A stretch of DNA of 64,000 bases from a virus. The translations under genes and the position numbers were made by a program. Below are positions 57,442 through 64,000 of this stretch, piece after piece. The DNA is taken from IMG/VR virus record IMGVR_UViG_3300046535_001869, positions 1-64,000 of that record, one strand, 5' to 3'. How positions within the stretch are numbered: position 1 is the stretch's first letter; each line of letters begins with the position of its first letter. The notes under the pieces were generated by a model, which saw nothing but the letters and a program-made list of their open reading frames with translations, was not told the origin of the DNA and made no database searches.

Positions 57442-58032
57442 TCAGAAATCGACGCGGACACCCGCACCAGCGTGCGGGAACTTATTCTTATAGAAGTATC
57501 GATGCTCCTCTGCCGCCCCCGGGTGTGCGCCCCAAGCCTCCTGCGTATCGGTCATGACGGAGAGGCCGTTATCTTCGACGACGAACGAGATCGGCAGCGC
57601 CTGGCGCCGCGCGTAGGTCGTCGCCTCGTGATATGCTCCAGTCACTGCTGTCATGTCGCCACAAAATACATGAACCTTGGCGTCAGACCCCTGGCGTCTT
57701 AACCCCACCGCGATCCCCACGGCGATCGGCAGGATTCCGCCGACGATCGCCGACGAGACGACCCGGTGCTCGAGGAAGCACAACGTGATCGAGCGGCCGG
57801 CGAGGATCGCGGCGCGGACCTCGTCCGAGGGGACTTCGGCCAGGAGGCAGTGGTAGTGCATTCGCCATGACCCACAGACCCAGTCGCCGCGGGCCGCGTC
57901 GTGGTGCGCGGCGAAGTAGTCGATCAGCTGCTGCTCGTTGCCGCCCGAGAGGTGTACCGGGTGTGGGATCTCGGCGCGGTTGAACCGCTCGGCGATGTCC
58001 GCCTCGAAGGCTATCAGGTCGGCGGGGGTCAT
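57442..58032 (-). CDS. ThDP-dependent enzyme alpha subunit (short E1-alpha-like)
   Basis: PVHLSGGNE..WR.HYH..SAIVGG..GDM..VEDN; ATG 58032 after AAGGAGG. Confidence 0.82.
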   Translation of the reverse strand: MTPADLIAFEADIAERFNRAEIPHPVHLSGGNEQQLIDYFAAHHDAARGDWVCGSWRMHYHCLLAEVPSDEVRAAILAGRSITLCFLEHRVVSSAIVGGILPIAVGIAVGLRRQGSDAKVHVFCGDMTAVTGAYHEATTYARRQALPISFVVEDNGLSVMTDTQEAWGAHPGAAEEHRYFYKNKFPHAGAGVRVDF

Positions 58033-58061
58033 CTTCGAGTCCTCCTTCGAGCAGGTTCCCG

Positions 58062-58090
58062 ACCATAGCGCACTAACAACGAAAAGTAAA
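58062..58090 (-). promoter_or_regulatory. Promoter copy (TTTACT-N17-TATGGT) upstream of the ThDP alpha gene
   Basis: cgaaaagtaaac motif with 17-nt spacer. Confidence 0.7.
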
Positions 58091-58510
58091 CTAAGGAAAT
58101 CGGAATCCACGCTCCTCCCAGAACGCGACGACGCGCGGGTCGGCCTCGCGCTCCAGGCGGAGGTACCACGGCCGACTGACGCCGAGGCTTTCGTACACGT
58201 CGACGAGGAGCTCGCCGGACCGGCGGCGCGCGGCGGCGCACAGCTCGGCCTGGGTGGGTACCAGACCCTCGATCGGTTCGGCAGCGGCGGCGACCTCCGC
58301 GGCTAAGACGCGAGCACCAAGGCCAGCCTCGATCGCACGATAGGAACTGTAGCTAACGCCGATCGTCGCGGCTGCCTCGGTCTGAGTCATCGCCGGCCCG
58401 GCCCGGCCGAAGGTCCTCCCGTTTCGGCTGAGCTGCCGACGGCGCCAGATCCACAGCCGCTCGGCGTCGGTCAGGTAGCCGAGGTCGTAGCGCGTCGATA
58501 CATCGTTCAT
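58091..58510 (-). CDS. Tandem XRE-HTH protein
   Basis: MTQTEAAATIGVSYSSYRAIEAG and LGVSRPWYLRLE. Confidence 0.6.
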   Translation of the reverse strand: MNDVSTRYDLGYLTDAERLWIWRRRQLSRNGRTFGRAGPAMTQTEAAATIGVSYSSYRAIEAGLGARVLAAEVAAAAEPIEGLVPTQAELCAAARRRSGELLVDVYESLGVSRPWYLRLEREADPRVVAFWEERGFRFP

Positions 58511-58905
58511 CTGAATCGCTTCGTTATGACGCGTCGTTCAATCGGCGCCAGGTGGCGGAGGATCTCCTTCAGCGGGAACGCGCCCTCGGCGCGGACCACC
58601 GGCGCGGGTTCGGCGTGCTCGTAGAGTAGACGCGTTCCCACGGCGTCATGGAGGAACCACGTCCGGTCGGCGTATAGCAGGACGTGGTAGAGACCGCCGG
58701 CCTTGACCCACCGCTCGCCGAACAGAACCTGGTCGAGCGTGATCGAGCCGATGGTCGCTTTCATTTCTAGCGTCCCGGTGACCCCGACGAGGCAGTACAC
58801 CGTGTCCGGGAACCCAAGCGAGACGCCGTTCTCGACGCGCTCTAGCACGCCGAACGGCGCGAGGTGGTCGCGCGTGGTGGACCAGGCGTGGGACTCAAGG
58901 GGCAT
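58507..58905 (-). CDS. PD-(D/E)xK nuclease (VRR-NUC/resolvase-like)
   Basis: RVENG...GFPD...LEMK..Q..GG. Confidence 0.65.
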   Translation of the reverse strand: MPLESHAWSTTRDHLAPFGVLERVENGVSLGFPDTVYCLVGVTGTLEMKATIGSITLDQVLFGERWVKAGGLYHVLLYADRTWFLHDAVGTRLLYEHAEPAPVVRAEGAFPLKEILRHLAPIERRVITKRFR

Positions 58906-59090
58906 TAGATTTCAAGAGCCTTCTTCACAGCCGATTTTTCATCGCCCTTATAGGCTTTCTTTAGTCCTTCTTTATCAAATAAAGAGATGAATACCGGAAG
59001 CATCTTACTTGCCGCGAACCTGAAACCGACCCATATCATAAAAGCAGACCAGGCTAAGAAGCCTGCAAATAGAACTAAGGTCTCCATCAC
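58905..59090 (-). CDS. AT-rich small TM protein
   Basis: One TM segment plus Lys-rich tail. Confidence 0.45.
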   Translation of the reverse strand: MMETLVLFAGFLAWSAFMIWVGFRFAASKMLPVFISLFDKEGLKKAYKGDEKSAVKKALEI

Positions 59091-59464
59091 CTCACCCTCC
59101 CTCCCGGGTGCCTCTCCGCCGCGCGGTCCGCGGCGTCCACCACGACGGCCCGCTGTCTCGGGCTGACGAACCCGCGAGCGTAGTACTGCTCGCGGATCGA
59201 GTTGAGGACCCCGCGGAATTCACCGCTGGCGTTTCGCATAGCCAGGTCGAACGCGGCCTCGAGGTCGTCGTCCCCAGCCGGGGCAGACTCGACTTCTGCC
59301 ACGACCGAGATCACCCTCGACAGTGCCATCTCCCACGTGTAGCCGTTGCGCGCCAGGAGCGACGTCGCCTGACGTAGGCACGCCAGCGCCTCGTGATCGT
59401 TGTCCGACGTCGAGAGGGTCATCAGCTTCTTTAACTGACCGAAGTCCTTGAGGTTCATCCACAT
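59087..59464 (-). CDS. Hypothetical protein
   Basis: KKLM.L.TSDNDHEAL; SPRQ. Confidence 0.55.
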   Translation of the reverse strand: MWMNLKDFGQLKKLMTLSTSDNDHEALACLRQATSLLARNGYTWEMALSRVISVVAEVESAPAGDDDLEAAFDLAMRNASGEFRGVLNSIREQYYARGFVSPRQRAVVVDAADRAAERHPGGRVR

Positions 59465-62400
59465 CCCTCGTTATACGAGCACCGCGTACAAGTCCGGCAG
59501 GTCCCGGTCCTAACAAGCGACAGGTTGTGACAGTCTGGGCACTCGTCGAGCTCAGCCTTCCTGGCGACGTTTACCCACGCGGCCAGGGCGACCGGTGGTC
59601 GGCTCTCGACGAACTCCGAGATCTTCCGGTGGATCTCCTCGACCCCGACCGCAGCCTCGACCGCCGGGACGTTAGCCAGTTCCTCGCGCCCGAGGTAGTG
59701 GATAGCCACGTCGCGGAAGATCAAGTCGAACAGCGACTGTGCCAACCTGATCCGCTCGTGGCCCTCGACGATCCCCGCCGGCTCGAACTTTGTATGAACG
59801 AACGCGTCGACGAATTCGTCGAGCGGGACACCGTACTGAAGGCCGATCGAGATCGCCTTGGCGAACCCGTTGACCAGGGAGCGGACGGTCGACCCTTCCT
59901 TGCTCATCTCGGTGAAGATCTCGGCGAGCCGCCCGTCCGGGTACTCCCCGGTGTGGAGATAGACCGAGTGCCCGTCGAGCTTGAACTTTTGCCGATAGCC
60001 GCGAGCGCGTGGAGTTAGCGCCTCGCGTTCATTACGGGAGAAAACCGTATCCGCAACAACAGAATATCGACGCTTGGGATCGGTCAAGAAATCGGTTTCG
60101 CCGGAGGTCTGTGCGATTTTAGGTTTGGCAGCCGCGAGCGGCTGCGTCAGTTTCGACCCGTCGCGGTACAACGCGATGGCCTTGACGCCGAGCCGCCAAG
60201 CCTCGCGGTAGACGCCGGACACGTCCTCGACCGTCGCATCGTTCGGCAGGTTCACGGTCTTCGACGCCGCGCCCGAGAGATGCGGCTGGAGCGCGGCGAC
60301 CATCAACACATGGGCCATCGGGCGGAGGTCGGCGACGCAGTGGAAGACCCGTAGGGTCAGCGTCGGTGCACGATAAATACCGGGCCAACCATCTAGGGTA
60401 CCAGCCTCGCTGATCCAATTTATGGCGTCTCTGGTATCTCGTTCATCGAAACCGAGGCGTCCTAGAGCCATAGGAACCGCCTGGTTGACGATCACCATCG
60501 TCCCGCCGCCGGCCAGCTGCTTGTCCTTGACCAGCGCGTAGTCCGGCTCACACCCGGTGGTGTCGCAGTCCATCACGAACGAGATAGTCCCGGTCGGCGC
60601 GATCAGCGTCGTCTGGGCGTTGCGGAAGGATTTGGCCTCGAGGACATGCTCCCAGACATAGATGGATCGATCGACGATCCTTCCGGCCTGCCCCTCGCAG
60701 CTCACGAAGTCGACCGCCTCGCGGTGCTTGTGCATCACGCCGTAGAACGAGGCAACATTTGCCTCCCACCGAGGGAACGGCCCGAGCTCCTCGGCCAGCT
60801 CCGCCGAGGTCCGATAGGCGACGCCGGTCATCAACGCGGTCAGGGCAGCAGCGAGCGCGCGACCCTCGTCGGAATCGTACGGTAGCGCCAGACGCATCAG
60901 CAACCCACCGAGGTCAGCGTAGCCCAGGCCCAGGGTCCGGTAGTTGTACGCGCCCTCGGCGAACTCGCGCGCCGGGAACGAGGCCATCGAGACGCTGATG
61001 TCGAGCACCATCGTCCACAGCCGGCAAGCGTGCTCGTAGCGGTCAAGGTCGATCGAGCCGTCGTCGTTAAGGAAGGCGGTCAGGCGGAGGGAGGCGAGGT
61101 TGCACGCCGAGCCGTCATTTGAGTGAAATTCTGCGCACGGGTTCGTCGTCCTAATAGGACCGTCCGCGGCCGTAGTGTGCCAGGAGTTAATCGTATCGTG
61201 GAACAGTAGCCCAGGGTCCGCGCTGGCCCAGGCGGCACGACAGATCTCGTTCCAGACCTCACCGGCGTTAACGATCTTCGCCACCTCGCCGGTCGTGCGC
61301 GCTATCAAGTTCCACGGTTTATGTCCCTCGGCTGAACGCATGAACGCGTCGGTCACTCGGACCGAGTTGTTCGAGTTCTGCCCATCGATCGTCCGCATCG
61401 CCTCGGACTCCCAGGTCGCTGGGAGCGCTTCGGGCTCGAAGCCGTTCTCAAGTCGATCGATCATCGGCTGGGGGATATCGATGCCGATGGGAGCGAACCC
61501 CCCGTATTTTAATCGTAGCACCTGACTCCCGACGTCCATCGCCGCGGCCTTGCCCTCCTCGCGAACCTTCCAGCGAATGAACTCCAGGAGCTCCGGGTGG
61601 TCGTCGTCCAGGCAGACCATCTTGGCCGCGCGCCGGGTCGTCCCACCGGACTGGATCGCTCCGGCGGCTCTATCCCCGATCGCTAGCCAACTCATCACGC
61701 CGGAGGCTCGACCACCTCCGGATAACGGTTCGTGCAGCGCGCGCCAGGTGCTAGGATTTACCCCCGACCCGGACCCGTGCTTGAAGATCCGCGCCTCGCG
61801 GACCCACGTGTCCATGATCCCGCCCTCGTTGACGAGGTCGTCCCGGGTTGGCGTCAGGAAGCAGGCGTGCGGCTGGGGGTTCTCGTAGCTGTTGTAGACG
61901 CGATCGGCGATCGGCCAGCCGTCATCGGTGACCTTGTGCTCCTTCCCGACCCGCCACATCCCCGAGTCGGGTCCGGCGATGCCGTAGGCCCAGTGGAGGC
62001 CGGTGTTGAACCATTGCGGGGAGTTCGGCACCGCGATCTGCATCGCGAGCATGTAGTAGAGCTCGTCGTAGAACGCGCGGGCGTCCTCCTCTCCGATTTT
62101 ATCCGCGTCCGCACCGAGAACTTTGAAGTACCCCTCGCGCCAGCCCCAGTACGTCCACGCGCCGGCCATCCTGTTGAAGATCTGGCGCGCTGAGGTCTCG
62201 GGGCCATACGTTATAGTCCTGTTCGTGCCGCTGTGGGGTTCACGAGGCCTTAACCAAAATGGTAGGGAATGATCTATGTCCTTGACGCTATCAATCGTTT
62301 CGCTCGGCACCCCTGCCTTCCGCAGGTACTTGTCCGCGAGGATGTTCGCAGCGTTCTGGGACCAGCGCGCCGGTACCTCGACCCGCGGCACCTGGGCGAC

Positions 62401-62490
62401 CTTACCGGTGATGGCGACGTCGACGGTCTTCCATTCGATCTGGTCCTCGATGGGACGGTCAGTGGTCGTATATAGGCGGGTTATCTTCAC
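59455..62490 (-). CDS. nrdJ: Class II (adenosylcobalamin-dependent) ribonucleotide reductase
   Basis: PNSPQWFNTG, QPHACF, GGTTRRAAKM, TNPCAE, CNLASL, IAPTGTIS, YRDGSK, C-terminal TSCPD-like domain and Zn ribbon; GTG 62490 after AGGAGA. Confidence 0.93.
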   Translation of the reverse strand: MKITRLYTTTDRPIEDQIEWKTVDVAITGKVAQVPRVEVPARWSQNAANILADKYLRKAGVPSETIDSVKDIDHSLPFWLRPREPHSGTNRTITYGPETSARQIFNRMAGAWTYWGWREGYFKVLGADADKIGEEDARAFYDELYYMLAMQIAVPNSPQWFNTGLHWAYGIAGPDSGMWRVGKEHKVTDDGWPIADRVYNSYENPQPHACFLTPTRDDLVNEGGIMDTWVREARIFKHGSGSGVNPSTWRALHEPLSGGGRASGVMSWLAIGDRAAGAIQSGGTTRRAAKMVCLDDDHPELLEFIRWKVREEGKAAAMDVGSQVLRLKYGGFAPIGIDIPQPMIDRLENGFEPEALPATWESEAMRTIDGQNSNNSVRVTDAFMRSAEGHKPWNLIARTTGEVAKIVNAGEVWNEICRAAWASADPGLLFHDTINSWHTTAADGPIRTTNPCAEFHSNDGSACNLASLRLTAFLNDDGSIDLDRYEHACRLWTMVLDISVSMASFPAREFAEGAYNYRTLGLGYADLGGLLMRLALPYDSDEGRALAAALTALMTGVAYRTSAELAEELGPFPRWEANVASFYGVMHKHREAVDFVSCEGQAGRIVDRSIYVWEHVLEAKSFRNAQTTLIAPTGTISFVMDCDTTGCEPDYALVKDKQLAGGGTMVIVNQAVPMALGRLGFDERDTRDAINWISEAGTLDGWPGIYRAPTLTLRVFHCVADLRPMAHVLMVAALQPHLSGAASKTVNLPNDATVEDVSGVYREAWRLGVKAIALYRDGSKLTQPLAAAKPKIAQTSGETDFLTDPKRRYSVVADTVFSRNEREALTPRARGYRQKFKLDGHSVYLHTGEYPDGRLAEIFTEMSKEGSTVRSLVNGFAKAISIGLQYGVPLDEFVDAFVHTKFEPAGIVEGHERIRLAQSLFDLIFRDVAIHYLGREELANVPAVEAAVGVEEIHRKISEFVESRPPVALAAWVNVARKAELDECPDCHNLSLVRTGTCRTCTRCSYNEGCG

Positions 62491-62697
62491 GCGTGTTCTC
62501 CTAACTTCAGTATCACTCCACCCTCCCACCGGCGTACAGGCCGAGGTCGAGGAGCCCGCGGAGCGTCTCGCGTGCAGCGTCGTCTTCGACGATCCGGTAT
62601 CCGTTGAGCTTGATCGGCACCGCCCCGGCGGTCAGTCGGAAGATCACCGGGCCGACGTCGCGGACGGTTAGTTCTCGGCCGGTGGAGTAGATGAGCT

Positions 62698-62898
62698 TCA
62701 CTCGATGCCCCTCCGGTCCTTGCCTAACGGCCAAATCTTATCCTGGTAGATCTGGCCGTGACGTCGGAGCTGCGTTACACCATCGATCTTGTCCCACTCG
62801 GACAGCTCCGGCACCAGCTCGATGGCGCGGCGGCGGAGGACCGGGTCGACGCAGGCCTGGAAGAGGTGGACTAGGCAGGTCAGCTCGCGGATGGTCAC
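62698..62898 (-). CDS. Hypothetical protein
   Basis: Coupled ORF. Confidence 0.45.
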   Translation of the reverse strand: MTIRELTCLVHLFQACVDPVLRRRAIELVPELSEWDKIDGVTQLRRHGQIYQDKIWPLGKDRRGIE

Positions 62899-63923
62899 TT
62901 GTCTCCCTCCCAGCCCTGCGGGCGCTCGAAGCCGCCCGCGCCGTGGTGCCCACCGCCCCCGTACAGCGCGCAGACCTTCGACACGTCAGCGCCCTCGGGG
63001 CGCGAGCGGAGGCTGAAGTTGCGCCGGCCATCGCGGTCGTAATAGGTGGCAGCAAAAGCCGCGGCCATCATAAATTCACCGCTAGTACCGGTCATAGATT
63101 GAGGCTCGGTTAACGCGTGCCCCACATCAGAAGCCAACCACGGCGGGCAGTTGCAGACTGGGACGCGAACGCCGCCAATAACCATCGTGCGGCGGGTGGT
63201 GCGAATGATGGTCTGAACGTCGAGGTCGTGCTTGCGGAGGATGCCGGTGCCCTCCTTGATAAGGTCAGCTCCGAACCAAGCACCTGAATCCGCTATATTT
63301 CCGTTGTCCTCGTATAGCCGATCCCACAGCGCGAAGGAGAGCGGGTAGGAGGTCACCGCGGCGTGGAACGGGCGCGAGCGGTCGTCGGTGAACTTCCAGA
63401 TGTCGTAGTCCTCAACTAGGTCGATGAACCAGGGGCGCGAGACGCCGGGGTTGAAGAAGTCCCAGGTAATGCCGGCGCCACTCCTCGACATATCGAATAA
63501 CACGCCGAGGTTTACTGGAGCGCCGGAAGAAATATATCTTACGGGTTCATCGGTCACATGATATGTCATACCTTGAATAGGAAGCGCTGGCCGACCAGCG
63601 AGTGTTTCGATCATATTGATTTCTAATGCCCAAGAGATAAAGTTTGAACGCGGAGAGGCTAATTCAGCCAGGTCCTCCGCTGCGGATTTATGGTGATCCA
63701 ACACGAGCACCGAGCGGGCGGTGCGGGCCATCGCCTCGAGGATCGGACGAGGGTAGGAGAAGTCGACGATCAGGACGTCGCGGTCCTTGACGTCCGGCGG
63801 ATCCTGGTTATACGACGCGTAGACGAATTCGACGTTGTTCTGGAGCGCGCGATGGACGACCCAGGAGGCAGCGAAGCCGTCGATGCAGGAGGAGCCGTGG
63901 GCGATGCAGAGGGTTTTGGTCAT
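62895..63923 (-). CDS. DHH/DHHA1 phosphoesterase
   Basis: H..C.DG, VDFS, LDHHKS, SGAG, D.D.W, SLRS, GGGHHGAGGF. Confidence 0.85.
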   Translation of the reverse strand: MTKTLCIAHGSSCIDGFAASWVVHRALQNNVEFVYASYNQDPPDVKDRDVLIVDFSYPRPILEAMARTARSVLVLDHHKSAAEDLAELASPRSNFISWALEINMIETLAGRPALPIQGMTYHVTDEPVRYISSGAPVNLGVLFDMSRSGAGITWDFFNPGVSRPWFIDLVEDYDIWKFTDDRSRPFHAAVTSYPLSFALWDRLYEDNGNIADSGAWFGADLIKEGTGILRKHDLDVQTIIRTTRRTMVIGGVRVPVCNCPPWLASDVGHALTEPQSMTGTSGEFMMAAAFAATYYDRDGRRNFSLRSRPEGADVSKVCALYGGGGHHGAGGFERPQGWEGDK

Positions 63924-64000
63924 CGTCCAACTCCGACTAACACGTTGCGGTACCGCGGGACGAACGTCTTCTTGATCTTGACGCCCCTCCACCGCGTGCC

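Noticed and set aside
56083-58032. Pyruvate dehydrogenase as an auxiliary metabolic gene
   Set aside because: The subunits are truncated, no E2/E3 is present, and the context is nucleotide-sugar enzymes.
59455-62490. Intein or intron in nrdJ
   Set aside because: The ORF is continuous, of normal length, with intact motifs and no splice-junction or homing-endonuclease signature seen.
1-64000. Numerous long Arg/Pro-rich overlapping ORFs in the six-frame track
   Set aside because: They are shadow frames typical of high-GC DNA and overlap well-supported genes.
1-64000. Prophage boundary, integrase, tRNA or rRNA genes
   Set aside because: None recognised; the whole window reads as phage sequence, so lifestyle cannot be determined from it.

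Overview
The window is part of a GC-rich contractile-tailed (myovirus-type) dsDNA phage genome. The host is probably an alphaproteobacterium, judged from DivK-like and GcrA-like ORFs and the NrdJ type. The + strand (1-33.1 kb) carries neck, sheath, tube, a frameshifting tail chaperone, tape measure, baseplate, fibres and a lysis cassette ending at an intrinsic terminator. The - strand (33.2-64 kb) carries early/middle genes: UvrD helicase, GHKL ATPase, class II ribonucleotide reductase, DHH phosphoesterase and many small ORFs, punctuated by a repeated sigma70-like promoter plus Shine-Dalgarno cassette. Two features stand out. (1) About ten proteins in the virion-structure operon, several with phage-fibre motifs and paired cysteines, start with Sec, Tat or lipoprotein signal peptides; most sit in an 8.7 kb block inside the neck module headed by a glycosyltransferase. 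(2) Seven genes for unusual nucleotide-sugar chemistry are scattered through the early region: HddA-like kinase, HddC-like nucleotidyltransferase, SDR, ColD-like 3-dehydratase, a split ThDP enzyme and a B12-radical SAM enzyme. Together they suggest a phage-made branched deoxysugar used to glycosylate the virion (or DNA), plus fibres matured in the periplasm. All functional calls come from reading motifs by eye; no database searches were run.
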